From Clostridiales bacterium UBA5888 (GTDB lineage Bacteria; Bacillota; Clostridia; Oscillospirales; Oscillospiraceae), in the NCBI GenBank assembly GCA_002431965.1, contig DJEW01000011.1:96854-128853 (forward strand): a DNA stretch of 32,000 nt, read 5' to 3'. How positions within the stretch are numbered: the stretch's first letter is position 1; every line of letters begins with the position of its first letter. Below the pieces are notes generated by a model. It ran no database searches. It was not told the origin of the DNA and worked only from the letters and a program-made list of their open reading frames with translations. The position numbers and the translations under genes are program-made. Below, piece after piece: positions 15,153-25,171 of the stretch.

Positions 15153-16568
15153 ATGCCGTACATAGATATACCCGCACCGAGCGCAAAGCAGCGGCAGTTT
15201 TTTGCCGACGGGCACAAATACGTTGCCTACGGCGGTGCGCGCGGCGGCGGGAAGAGCTGGGCGGTGCGCGTGAACGCACTGCTGACGGCGGCACGATACC
15301 CCGGCGTGACGCAGCTTATCATCCGCCGCAGCTACCCGGAGCTGTACGCCAACCATATAAAGCCGTTTCTGCGCCTGCTGCCAAAGGGCAGCTATGCCTA
15401 CAACGACACTCGCAAGGAGATAACCCTCCCCAACGGCAGCCGTATAATCTTCCGCTACTGCGCGAATGACACGGATCTATTGAATTTTCAGGGGACGGAG
15501 TGCGACGTGATGTACATTGACGAGGCGACGCAGATCACGGAGGAGCAGTTCCGTGTGCTCTCCGCATGTGTGCGCGGCGCGGACAACGGTATGCCGAAGC
15601 GCTGCTATCTCACGTGCAATCCCGGCGGGGTCGGACACGCATGGGTAAAAAGGCTTTTTATCGACCGTATCTATAAGAGCGGCGAGCGGGCGGAGGAGTA
15701 CAGCTTTATTCAGGCAAAGGTTCACGACAACCGCGCGCTCATGCGCGCGCAGCCGGACTATATCCGCCAGCTTGAGGCGCTGCCGCCGAAGCTGCGCGCG
15801 GCATGGCTGGACGGATCATGGGACGTACACATGGGGCAGTTTTTCGAGGAATTCCGCAATCTGCCGGAGCATTACGCCGACAGAAGATGGACGCACGTGA
15901 TAGAGCCGTTCGAGATACCGGCGGACTGGCGCGTTTACCGTTCGTTCGACTGGGGGTATCACAGACCCTTTTCATGCGGCTGGTGGGCGGTGGACTACGA
16001 CGGGGTGGCGTACAGGGTGCTGGAAATGTACGGCTGCACCGAAACGCCGAACGAGGGCGTGCGCTGGACGCCGGACAGAGTGTTCGCGGAGCTGGCGCGC
16101 ACCGAGCGCGAGCACCGCTGGCTGCGCGGGCGGCAGATAACCGGTGTTGCCGATCCTGCGATATGGGACGGCTCGACCGGAGAGAGCATTGCCGACTGCG
16201 CCGCGCGCCACGGCATATATTTTTCGCGCGGCGATCACGCGCGCATACCGGGATGGATGCAGCTGCACTACCGCCTGACGTTCGACGAAAACGGCTATGC
16301 GATGATGTACGTCTTCAAAAACTGCGCCGCATTTATCCGCACGCTGCCGCTGCTGCAATATGACGCGCAGCGCGTGGAGGATCTGGACAGCGACGGCGAG
16401 GATCATATCGCCGACGAGACGCGGTATTTTCTCATGTCGCGCCCGATAAAGCCGCGTTCAGGCGAAAAAGAGACCGGGCGCGGCGCGCTGGAGCTGCTGC
16501 TTGATATACCGGGAGGCGCGCTCGGCGCGAAGATCCCGATAAAAAGAATGGAGATTCTGAATGAGTGA
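15153..16568 (+). CDS. Terminase large subunit
   Basis: Walker A GGARGGGKSW, Walker B DVMYIDEAT, coupling motif LTCNPGG and a C-terminal RNaseH-like nuclease region with DSDGEDHIADETRY. Confidence 0.9.
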   Translation: MPYIDIPAPSAKQRQFFADGHKYVAYGGARGGGKSWAVRVNALLTAARYPGVTQLIIRRSYPELYANHIKPFLRLLPKGSYAYNDTRKEITLPNGSRIIFRYCANDTDLLNFQGTECDVMYIDEATQITEEQFRVLSACVRGADNGMPKRCYLTCNPGGVGHAWVKRLFIDRIYKSGERAEEYSFIQAKVHDNRALMRAQPDYIRQLEALPPKLRAAWLDGSWDVHMGQFFEEFRNLPEHYADRRWTHVIEPFEIPADWRVYRSFDWGYHRPFSCGWWAVDYDGVAYRVLEMYGCTETPNEGVRWTPDRVFAELARTEREHRWLRGRQITGVADPAIWDGSTGESIADCAARHGIYFSRGDHARIPGWMQLHYRLTFDENGYAMMYVFKNCAAFIRTLPLLQYDAQRVEDLDSDGEDHIADETRYFLMSRPIKPRSGEKETGRGALELLLDIPGGALGAKIPIKRMEILNE

Positions 16569-18384
16569 CAAAATTGAAAGTGCCATCCGCCCCGCAGAGG
16601 ATGCGCCGGACGCCGCGCCGCGCGCCATAGGGCGCGACGAGATACGGAACGCTTATGCCACGCTTTTGAAATACAAGGCCGGAAAGGCAAATCTTGAACG
16701 GCGCATCGTGGATAATCAGCAGTGGTACAAGCTGCGGCAGTGGGAATGCCTGCGCCGGGCGAAGGCTAAAGAGCAGATAGAGCCCGCGAGCGCATGGCTG
16801 TTCAACGCCATTGCCAACAAGCATGCCGATGCGATGGACGCCTTTCCCTCCGCGGCGATACTCCCGCGCGAGCAGGGAGACGTTGCCGAGGCGGAGATGC
16901 TGACGGCGGTGATACCGGTGGTGCTGGACGAGTGCGACTTTGAAAGCGTGTATTCCGGCGTGATGGACGACAAGCTCATTGCGGGCACGGGCGTGTACGG
17001 CGTGTTCTGGGATGCGGAAAAGCTCAACGGACTGGGAGACGTGGACATTGTGCAGACGGACGTCATCAACCTTTTCTGGGAGAGCGGCGTGACCGACATA
17101 CAGCACAGCCGCAATCTTTTCTACGTGAGCCTGAGAGACAACGACCGGCTGGAGGAGGAATACCCCGCCGTGCGCGGGAAGCTTGGCGGGGCGGTGCTGG
17201 ACGTGGCGAAATACGTATATGACGACAGCGTGGACACCGCAGGCAAGAGCGTAGTGGTGGACTGGTACTACAAAAAGCGCGTCGGGCGGCGCACGGTGCT
17301 GCACTACTGCAAGTTCATTGCCGGACAGGACGAGCCGCTGTACGCCACGGAGAACGACACCGCCCCGGTTACGGACGGCATGGGCGGCGTTATCCGCCCG
17401 GCGCCGGCGGAGACTGGGTGGTACGACCACGGGCTGTATCCGTTCGTATTTGATCCGCTGTTTCGCACAAAGGGCACGCCGTGCGGCTTCGGATATGTCG
17501 ATGTGGGCAAGAACACGCAGGAGTACATTGACCGCGGCGATCAGGCGATAATGCAGAACATGCTCTTCAACTGCAAGCCGCGCCATTTCATCCGCAACGA
17601 CGGCAGCGTGAACGAGGCGGAGTACGCAGATCTTACAAAGGATTTTGTGCATGTGGACGGCGCGCTTGGGCAGGACAGCATCCTTCCCGTGCGCGGCAGC
17701 AGCCTTGACGGAATATACGTTACCGTCATCAACAACAAGATAGACGAGCTCAAGGAGACGACGGGCAACCGCGACGTATCCTCCGGCGGAACGACCGGCG
17801 GCGCGACTGCCGCCGCGGCGATCGCCGCAATGCAGGAGGCGGGCAGCAAGCTCTCGCGCGACAGCAGCAAGGCGGCATACCGCGCGTATAAAAAGCTTGT
17901 GCTGATGGTGATAGAGCTTATCCGCCAGTTTTATGACGTGCCGCGATATTTCCGCATTATGGGCGAGCGCGGCGGCATGAAATTCATAAGCTGCTCGAAC
18001 GCCGGGCTGAGATTGCAGAGCCAGGGCGAGCTGACGGGTCTGGACATGGGCTGGCGGCTGCCGGTATTCGATGTGAACGTCACGCCGGTGAAGTCCTCGC
18101 CTTATTCAAGGCTGAGCCAGAACGAGCTGGCGCTGCAGTTCTATGCGGCGGGCTTTTTCGACCCGGCGCGCGCGGAGGCGGCGCTGGCGTGCCTTGACAT
18201 GATGGACTTTGAACGCAAGGACTTTGTCGCGGCGAAGATCGCCGAGAATGCCGCGCGCGCCCACGCACAGACAGCAGCAGTGCCTGCGCCCGCAGCAGGC
18301 GGCGCCGCTCTGCGCCGCGCGGGGGAGGCAAGCGCAACGGTGAATGCGAGAAAAAACACGGCGCAGAGCATCCAGCCGGAATGA
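16561..18384 (+). CDS. Portal protein
   Basis: 607 aa, overlapping terL by 8 nt, in the canonical position between terminase and scaffold/capsid. The N-terminal region KANLERRIVDNQQWYKLRQWE resembles portal proteins as I remember them. Confidence 0.75.
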   Translation: MSDKIESAIRPAEDAPDAAPRAIGRDEIRNAYATLLKYKAGKANLERRIVDNQQWYKLRQWECLRRAKAKEQIEPASAWLFNAIANKHADAMDAFPSAAILPREQGDVAEAEMLTAVIPVVLDECDFESVYSGVMDDKLIAGTGVYGVFWDAEKLNGLGDVDIVQTDVINLFWESGVTDIQHSRNLFYVSLRDNDRLEEEYPAVRGKLGGAVLDVAKYVYDDSVDTAGKSVVVDWYYKKRVGRRTVLHYCKFIAGQDEPLYATENDTAPVTDGMGGVIRPAPAETGWYDHGLYPFVFDPLFRTKGTPCGFGYVDVGKNTQEYIDRGDQAIMQNMLFNCKPRHFIRNDGSVNEAEYADLTKDFVHVDGALGQDSILPVRGSSLDGIYVTVINNKIDELKETTGNRDVSSGGTTGGATAAAAIAAMQEAGSKLSRDSSKAAYRAYKKLVLMVIELIRQFYDVPRYFRIMGERGGMKFISCSNAGLRLQSQGELTGLDMGWRLPVFDVNVTPVKSSPYSRLSQNELALQFYAAGFFDPARAEAALACLDMMDFERKDFVAAKIAENAARAHAQTAAVPAPAAGGAALRRAGEASATVNARKNTAQSIQPE

Positions 18385-18458
18385 GGCGGATGCCGGACAT
18401 TACAGAATATGCCGTTGCCGGGAGAGAATGCCCCGGCGGCAGAGAGGAGAGATAGACA

Positions 18459-19097
18459 ATGAATAAAGAAACAAACGACAGTATCCAGCTTTTCGCCGCC
18501 GGGGACGGCAGCGCCGGCACGGCGGAGCATCCGGTCTGTAAAGAATCCGCAGGCGAAAAACCCGCACCCGAGGCGGAGCGCGCCGCAGCGGAAAAATACA
18601 GATCCCTTGCAAGCGCAATAGCGGCGCTGGAAAAACGCTACGGAACGGCTCCCGGCGACGCGCAGGCGCTTGCGCGAGCGGTGGAGGAGGACGATCCCGG
18701 GGCGAGGGCGGAGGCCGGGGAGGCAAAAAGAAGAGAAAAAGCCTCCCGCCTTTATAGCATGTGGCTTTCGCAGACGGCGGATCTGCGGGAGAGCTGCCCC
18801 GGCTTCAATCTCACACATGAGCTGAAAAACGCGGACTTCCGCGAGCTGCTGCGCTCGGGCGCGAGCGTGCGCGCCGCGTATGAGCTTGTCAACCGCGACG
18901 CCATCATGCGTGCGGCGGCGCGCGATATGGAGGAGCGACTGGTGCGCAGCATCCTCTCCGGCGCTGACCGCCCGCGCGAGGGCGGGCTGACGAGCCAGAG
19001 CGCCGCCGTTGTGAAAAGCGACGTTGCGGGCATGTCCAGATCCGCCCGGCGCGAGATCATCCGCCGTGTCCAGCGCGGCGAAAAAATTTCATTTTGA
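18459..19097 (+). CDS. Putative scaffolding protein
   Basis: 212 aa, Ala/Glu/Arg-rich and predicted helical, located between the portal and major capsid genes. No prohead protease gene is present. Confidence 0.55.
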   Translation: MNKETNDSIQLFAAGDGSAGTAEHPVCKESAGEKPAPEAERAAAEKYRSLASAIAALEKRYGTAPGDAQALARAVEEDDPGARAEAGEAKRREKASRLYSMWLSQTADLRESCPGFNLTHELKNADFRELLRSGASVRAAYELVNRDAIMRAAARDMEERLVRSILSGADRPREGGLTSQSAAVVKSDVAGMSRSARREIIRRVQRGEKISF

Positions 19098-19110
19098 ATA
19101 GGAGACACAT

Positions 19111-20337
19111 ATGAGCAATGACAAAAACACCGTCCAGACCACCGGCATGACCGGGCTGTCGGCGGAGATGAAAACCTTTTACGATATGACGCTCATTGAC
19201 GAGGCGCAGGCGAATCTCGTCCATGACCAGTTCGGGCAGAAGCGCCCCATACCGCCCAACGGCGGCAAGATAATCGAATTCCGCAAGTTCGCACCGCTTG
19301 CCAAGGCGACAACGCCGCTCACCGAGGGCGTGACCCCGGACGGCAAGCAGCTGTCCGTCAGCACCGTCAGCGCTGCGGTGAGCCAGTACGGCGATTATAT
19401 CACCCAGTCGGATATGCTGGAGCTGACGGCGCTTGACAACACCATTCTCGAATCGGCAAAGCTGCTGGGGCGTCAGGCGGGCGCTACGCTCGACACCGTT
19501 GTGCGCAACGTCATGCACAGCGGCACGAATGTAATCTATGCCGAAAAGTCCTCCGCCTCAGGCGTGACAGAGGTGAAAAGCCGCAGTGTGCTCGACAGTG
19601 ACTGCACCATAACCGTGGAGCTCATCCAGCGCGCCGTGGCAAAGCTCCGCGCGCAGAATGCGCCCACCATCGACGGCAAGTATGTCGGCATCATCCATCC
19701 CTACGTCGCCTATGACCTCATGCGCGACAGCGAGTGGGTAGATGCGCACAAGTACGCCCAGCCGGAGAATCTCTACGAAGGCGAGATAGGCGAGCTTGCG
19801 GGGGTGCGCTTTGTGCAGACGACCGAGGCGAAGATCTACGCGGGCGAGGATCTCGCCTCCGACAGCCGCACGCTAACCGTCAACAACGCCTCCGGCTACA
19901 CGGGCAGCGTGACCTCCGTGAAGTTCGACGGCGGCACGGTCGAGCCTGACGCGCTCGCCGGACGCTATATCCTCATCAACGGTGTGCGCGCGAAGGTCAC
20001 CGCAAACACCGCCGACACCATCACCGTGGAGAGCTGCGACTTCGGCACGGTTGCCGACAACGCCGTCATCTATCCCGGCGAGGGCGGCAAGGACGGGCTT
20101 GCCGTGTTCGGCACGCTCATCCTCGGCGACGGCGCTTACGGCGTGACTGAAGTGACCGGCGGCGGTCTTGAGATAATTGTGAAGCAGCGCGGCTCGTCCG
20201 GCGCGGCAGACCCGCTCGACCAGCGCTCCAGCGTCGGCTGGAAGGCGATAAAGACCGCGGAGATGCTCATAGAAAACTATCTTGTGCGCATCGAGAGCGT
20301 TTCAAAGCGCTTTTCCGCGAGCGCCAAGGCAAACTGA
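19111..20337 (+). CDS. Major capsid protein (HK97 fold; resembles the N4 gp56-type family)
   Basis: 408 aa with a strong SD. The N-terminal pattern FYDMTLIDEAQANLVHDQFGQKRPIPPNGGKIIEFRKF...PLTEGVTPDG...VSQYGDYITQSD matches my memory of that capsid family. Confidence 0.85.
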   Translation: MSNDKNTVQTTGMTGLSAEMKTFYDMTLIDEAQANLVHDQFGQKRPIPPNGGKIIEFRKFAPLAKATTPLTEGVTPDGKQLSVSTVSAAVSQYGDYITQSDMLELTALDNTILESAKLLGRQAGATLDTVVRNVMHSGTNVIYAEKSSASGVTEVKSRSVLDSDCTITVELIQRAVAKLRAQNAPTIDGKYVGIIHPYVAYDLMRDSEWVDAHKYAQPENLYEGEIGELAGVRFVQTTEAKIYAGEDLASDSRTLTVNNASGYTGSVTSVKFDGGTVEPDALAGRYILINGVRAKVTANTADTITVESCDFGTVADNAVIYPGEGGKDGLAVFGTLILGDGAYGVTEVTGGGLEIIVKQRGSSGAADPLDQRSSVGWKAIKTAEMLIENYLVRIESVSKRFSASAKAN

Positions 20338-20361
20338 CGCGGCGCGAAAGGAGAGAGAGTA

Positions 20362-20589
20362 ATGGCAGCGAAAAAGAACACAAACGGCGAAAAGCTGGTG
20401 CGTATCAGGCTTCCCAAGGAGCGGCGCGAGCAGGAGGACGTATTTGTCGGCGTGAATGAGCGCACATGGCTCATCCGGCGCGGCGTTGAGGTGGAAGTGC
20501 CCGAATGCGTGGCGGAGGTGCTGGAAAACCGCGAGATGATGCTCGAAACCATCATGGAGTTTGAGAGCGCGGCACGCAGGGCGGAGTGA
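20362..20589 (+). CDS. Small conserved-looking head-region protein (75 aa), function unknown
   Basis: AAGGAGAG SD, good codon bias, positioned directly after the capsid gene. Confidence 0.6.
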   Translation: MAAKKNTNGEKLVRIRLPKERREQEDVFVGVNERTWLIRRGVEVEVPECVAEVLENREMMLETIMEFESAARRAE

Positions 20590-20593
20590 CGCA

Positions 20594-20965
20594 ATGACGC
20601 TCGCGGAATCAATAGGCCGCGTGGACGCGCTGCGCCCCAACGGCTTTAGCTATGCCCAGAAGCTGGCGTGGCTGAGCGCGCTGGACGCGGCGGTAACGGC
20701 GGAGCTGATAAACACCCACGACGGCGGGGAGTGGGTGGACTTCGCCGGGTACACAGAGAGCAGCGCGCCCCAGACCGAGCTTTTGATCCCCGCCCCGTAC
20801 GACGAGGCGTACCTGCGGTATCTTGAAGCGCAGATGGACTATGCCAACGGCGAATACGACCGCTTCAACAACTCCAACGCCATGTACGCCGCAGCGTTCG
20901 GCGCGTTTGTCAACCACTATAACCGCACGCATATGCCGTTGGGCGTGAAGAAAAAGTATTACTGA
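20594..20965 (+). CDS. Putative head-completion/adaptor protein (by position)
   Basis: 123 aa. The start is moved to the ATG at 20594 (MTLAESIGRVD...). The motif YANGEYDRFNNSNAMYAAAF recalls small post-capsid phage proteins. Function is inferred from position only. Confidence 0.5.
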   Translation: MTLAESIGRVDALRPNGFSYAQKLAWLSALDAAVTAELINTHDGGEWVDFAGYTESSAPQTELLIPAPYDEAYLRYLEAQMDYANGEYDRFNNSNAMYAAAFGAFVNHYNRTHMPLGVKKKYY

Positions 20966-20983
20966 AGGAGGAGGGGGAACGCC

Positions 20984-22735
20984 ATGCTATACCCCAAGCT
21001 CAGAAAAAAAGCCGTCCGCCGGCAGACCGTCAGCGCCTTCGGCGGATATGAGCACCGTCTGCGCACAACTGAGGGCGCGTTTTACGACACGCGCAATCTT
21101 TCCACGGAGCGCTATCCGCTGCTGTCGGTGAGAAAGCGGCGGGGCGAATATCTCACGCTCACCGCGCCGCAGGGGATCATTGAAAAGGACGCGCTCGCCT
21201 ACATCGACGCAGGGACGCTCTATTATAACGGGCTGGCAACGCCGCTCACGGGGATGAGCGAGGGGGAAAAGCAGCTTGTGAGCATGGGAGCGTACATATG
21301 CGTCTTCCCGGACAAGCTCTACTATAACACCGCCGACGGCACGGACTACGGCTCGATGGAAGCAAAGTGGGAATATACCGGGCGCGTGACATATTCGATA
21401 TGCGATCTCGACGGCGGGGACTACCCCGCCGCCGAGGAGAGCGCCGCAGAGCCCGCCGCGCCGCAGGACGGGGACTTGTGGCTGAACACAAGAGAGCGCA
21501 CATTCAGCCGTTACAGCGCGTCGATGAAAATGTGGGTGGAGGTGGAGAGCGTATACACAAAGCTCACATTCACAACGCAGGGACAGATACCCTCCGCCTT
21601 CGCCCGCTATGACGGCGTGCGCATCACCGGCGCAGGGGGCGACCTCGACGGAACGAAGGTGCTGTATGCCGTGGGCGGCAGCGCCGGCACGGCGCCGGAA
21701 TATGCGGACGCGAAGAGCGACTTCATCGTGCTTGCGTGCGCGCCCTCGGAGGCACGCACGGAGGAGAATGCGCACATCACCATCACGCGCCGCGTGCCGG
21801 ATCTGGACTATGTATGCCAGTGCGCAAACCGCCTGTGGGGCTGCCGCTACGGCAACGACGGAGAGGGTAATATCAATGAGCTTTACTGCTGCGCTCTGGG
21901 AGACTTCAAAAACTGGGAGCAGTATCTGGGGCTCTCGACGGATTCGTGGCGTGCGAGCGTCGGCTCTGACGGCGTGTGGACGGGGGCAATCGGCTATCTC
22001 GGCACGCCGCTCTTCTTCAAGGAAAACTGCATACACCGCATAAGCGTGTCTGCGACCGGGGCGCATCAGGTGGGCGAGACCGTGTGCCGCGGCGTGCAGC
22101 GCGGCAGCGCAAAGAGCCTTGTTATCGTCAATGAGACGCTCTACTACAAATCGCGCGGCGATGTGTGCGCCTATCAGGGCGGCTTTCCGGAGGGAGTATC
22201 CGCCGCGCTGGGCGGCGAGAGCTATGGGAGCGCTGCGGCAGGCGCGCTGGGGGAGAGATACTATATCTCCATGCGCGACGCGCGGGGAAAGGCGAATCTT
22301 TTCGTTTATGACATTGCCAGAGGGCTTTGGATGCGCGAGGACGAGCTGGCGGCGGACGCTTTCGCAAGGGTGGACGACGAGCTGTTCTGCCTTGCCGGCG
22401 GCAAGGTCTATGCTCTTGCCGGAACATGCGGCGAAGCGGAAAAGCGCGTGGAATGGTCGGCGGAGACGGGAATGCTGACGTGCGAATACCCGGACAGCAA
22501 ATATCTTTCGCGCATCGCTCTGCGCGCGTGGATGGAGCGGGAGGCGGAGCTTGAGCTTTTCACGGAGTATGATTCCTCCGGCGTGTGGGAGTATGCCGGG
22601 CGGATGCGCGTGGCGAACGCAGGGTCTGCCGGGTTTCCGCTGAGACTGCGCCGGTGCGACCATGTGCGCCTGCGCCTTGAAGGGCGCGGCGATGTGCGGA
22701 TACTGAGCATGACGCGCGAGGTGACGGAGGGATGA
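20984..22735 (+). CDS. Large virion structural protein, unknown family (candidate tail hub/nozzle)
   Basis: 583 aa with a GGAGGAGGGGG SD. It has recurring short strand-like motifs (TLYYNG, KLYYNT, TLYYKSRGDVCAYQGG, ERYYISMRD, GKVYALAG) suggestive of a beta-propeller or beta-rich fold. Confidence 0.6.
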   Translation: MLYPKLRKKAVRRQTVSAFGGYEHRLRTTEGAFYDTRNLSTERYPLLSVRKRRGEYLTLTAPQGIIEKDALAYIDAGTLYYNGLATPLTGMSEGEKQLVSMGAYICVFPDKLYYNTADGTDYGSMEAKWEYTGRVTYSICDLDGGDYPAAEESAAEPAAPQDGDLWLNTRERTFSRYSASMKMWVEVESVYTKLTFTTQGQIPSAFARYDGVRITGAGGDLDGTKVLYAVGGSAGTAPEYADAKSDFIVLACAPSEARTEENAHITITRRVPDLDYVCQCANRLWGCRYGNDGEGNINELYCCALGDFKNWEQYLGLSTDSWRASVGSDGVWTGAIGYLGTPLFFKENCIHRISVSATGAHQVGETVCRGVQRGSAKSLVIVNETLYYKSRGDVCAYQGGFPEGVSAALGGESYGSAAAGALGERYYISMRDARGKANLFVYDIARGLWMREDELAADAFARVDDELFCLAGGKVYALAGTCGEAEKRVEWSAETGMLTCEYPDSKYLSRIALRAWMEREAELELFTEYDSSGVWEYAGRMRVANAGSAGFPLRLRRCDHVRLRLEGRGDVRILSMTREVTEG

Positions 22736-23562
22736 CAGGCATATACGAGCTTCCGCCGATGCTCTCCGGCACACCGGCGCAGCAGCTCTCCGCGCTGCGC
22801 GCCTATCTTGTGCGCATGGCGCAGCAGCTCAACGCCGCCGAGGGCGCGCCCGCAGCGGCGGCGGAGAACGGCATATCGGCGCGGCAGCTTTCTGGGAATG
22901 CCGTGCCTGCGGCATCGACCACGCCATACGGCAGCGCCGAGACCGGCGCGAGCATGAGAAAGAGCGCGGCAGAGCTGCGCCAACTGATACTGAAAACGGC
23001 GGATGGGCTTTCCGGCGACATCGAGGCTGTGGGCAGCTATGCAGACGGACGCATAGAATCGCTCGGCGAGCAGTACCTTGCCAGGTCGGAGTTCGGCGCG
23101 TTCACCGAGAATATAGAAAGCCAGATCGCAAACACCGCTCGCGGCGTGGTGGAGAGCTACGGCTACTCTGAGCGGATAGAGTCAAACCAGGCGAACCTTG
23201 AGCTTTTGCAGACCTATGTGACGGATATTGACGGCGAGATACGCCGAGGACTTGTCACAGACCCGGCAACGGGAGAAACGGTCACCGGCATCGCCATTGC
23301 CCAGAACCTGCAGTTCACGGGAGAGGTCAGCCGCGGCAGCGACGGCATGAATTATTATACGCTCTCCTCCGGGCAGACCTTCGGACTTTACACCTCCACG
23401 GGGTGGCAGTTCTGGATAAACGGCTATCGCCGCGGATGGTACGACTCCGTGGACGGTATGCTGCACATTGCCAACGTCGCCGTGGAGGACAGCCTTCAGC
23501 TCGGCGGGGCGTGGCGGCTGACCGCGGACGGCGGGCTTGGCATAAAGTACACCGGAGGATGA
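22732..23562 (+). CDS. Virion structural protein, unknown family
   Basis: 276 aa with ATGA coupling to the upstream gene. It has an N-terminal helical segment (QQLSALRAYLVRMAQQLNAAEG) and a beta-rich C-terminus. Confidence 0.6.
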   Translation: MTGIYELPPMLSGTPAQQLSALRAYLVRMAQQLNAAEGAPAAAAENGISARQLSGNAVPAASTTPYGSAETGASMRKSAAELRQLILKTADGLSGDIEAVGSYADGRIESLGEQYLARSEFGAFTENIESQIANTARGVVESYGYSERIESNQANLELLQTYVTDIDGEIRRGLVTDPATGETVTGIAIAQNLQFTGEVSRGSDGMNYYTLSSGQTFGLYTSTGWQFWINGYRRGWYDSVDGMLHIANVAVEDSLQLGGAWRLTADGGLGIKYTGG

Positions 23563-23565
23563 ATT

Positions 23566-25161
23566 ATGGGCGTGAATTTCTTTCAAAACGGAGTAAGCCT
23601 CGGCGCGAGCGCGGGATGGGGCGGCTATACCGGCAGCAACAACTATGTCGTGCGTTATGACTTCACAACGCCCGCCGCGGGGGCGAGCGGCGTGACGCTG
23701 ACGCTTGGCGGGATATACTACGGGCACGGCGCCGGTACGCAGGGCTTCGGCTTCAAGCTTGGCACGTCGCCCACGGCGTGGGCAAATGCCCGCAGCGAAA
23801 CGCCGGACTCCACCCTCGGGTACATGAGCTACTCGGGCTCTGCGGGCTATGGGTGCACGCTGACGGCGGCGGGGCTGAATCTGACGCCGTACACGACGTA
23901 TTATCTATTTGTCTATACTGCGACCGGCGGCGCGGAGTATTACACGGGGTGGAACTGCGTCGCGCCGGCCGTCACGCTGACGGGCAGCTACACACAGCCC
24001 GTGTCTGCGATAAGCTCCGTCTCGCCGCAGACGTTGACCGGGAGCAGCGTGTCGCTTATCATGGCGCGCGCCGGAGACAGCCGCCACAGGGCGACGTTCA
24101 GCTTCGGCGGGGAAACGCTCGCCGTGTCAGAGCCGTTCGCCGCGTCGCTTTCCTACACCTGCCCGCGCGAATGGATGGCGAAAGCGCCGGCGGCGCAGAG
24201 CATGACGGTAGACGTTTCCGTGCAGACCTACGCCGACGCTGCGTGCACGGTGCCGGTAGGCGCGGCGCAGACGGCGGCGTTCACCCTCACGGCGGACGCG
24301 GATATGCGCCCGCGGCTGCTGGACGGGGCGGTGACGGCGGCGGTGCTGAACCCGGGCGGAGCTTCCGGTTTCACGGATTATATCGCGGGTGTGAGCCGCG
24401 CGCGGGTGAGCTTTGCACCGGATAAGCTCGACCTCTCTGCCTGTGCCGGGGCGACGGTCACAGCGTACCGCGTGAGCGTCAAGGGGCGGACGATAAGCGC
24501 GGCGTCAGGCACGGTGGACACGGGCGTGCTTCCCGGCGACTGCACGCTTTTGTGCTCGGTCATCGACACGCGCGGCAGGGAGGACACGGTCGGCATAGGT
24601 GTGACGATGCTGCCATATGTGCCGCCATATCTCAGCGACATTGCCGCCGCGCGCTGCAACGCGGACGGAACTGACAACGAACGCGGCGCGTATTATAAGC
24701 TGCGCGCCGCGCTGGGGTACACGCCGCTCGGCGGCGTGAACAGCGCTGCGGTGTCCGTCAGCATCAGGCCGACGGGCGGCACGTGGGGCGCAGAGACGGC
24801 GCTGACCGGGTTTGAAAGCGGCAAATGGTCGCACAGGTGGGGCGCGCCCTCCGTGCTCGGCGGAGATCTTACCGGAGACGGGTACACACTGCGCCTGCGC
24901 GTGACGGACGCGGTTGGCAGCGCGAGCGTATATACCGTGCAGCTTTACAGCCAGCAGTGGGCGATGAAATTCAACGCGCGCGGCACGGCGGTCGGCTTCG
25001 GCATGACCCCAACGGCGGAGAACGCCGTGCAGCTGCCGGACACGTGGCGGCTTTACGCCGGGGCGCTGGTGCTTTCCTCCGGGTCGTACGGCGCGACGCC
25101 GCCGGAACAGGCGGCGCTCAGCCCCGTGGAGGGACAGCTGTATTTTTACATAACGGACTGA
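23566..25161 (+). CDS. Putative tail fibre / host-specificity protein
   Basis: 531 aa with a GGAGG SD. The Gly/Thr/Ala/Ser-rich beta composition, the TTYYLFVYT motif and the VIDTRGRED...YVPPYL region recall prophage host-specificity proteins (possibly DUF859-like, unverified). Confidence 0.6.
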   Translation: MGVNFFQNGVSLGASAGWGGYTGSNNYVVRYDFTTPAAGASGVTLTLGGIYYGHGAGTQGFGFKLGTSPTAWANARSETPDSTLGYMSYSGSAGYGCTLTAAGLNLTPYTTYYLFVYTATGGAEYYTGWNCVAPAVTLTGSYTQPVSAISSVSPQTLTGSSVSLIMARAGDSRHRATFSFGGETLAVSEPFAASLSYTCPREWMAKAPAAQSMTVDVSVQTYADAACTVPVGAAQTAAFTLTADADMRPRLLDGAVTAAVLNPGGASGFTDYIAGVSRARVSFAPDKLDLSACAGATVTAYRVSVKGRTISAASGTVDTGVLPGDCTLLCSVIDTRGREDTVGIGVTMLPYVPPYLSDIAAARCNADGTDNERGAYYKLRAALGYTPLGGVNSAAVSVSIRPTGGTWGAETALTGFESGKWSHRWGAPSVLGGDLTGDGYTLRLRVTDAVGSASVYTVQLYSQQWAMKFNARGTAVGFGMTPTAENAVQLPDTWRLYAGALVLSSGSYGATPPEQAALSPVEGQLYFYITD

Positions 25162-25171
25162 GGAGACGGCT

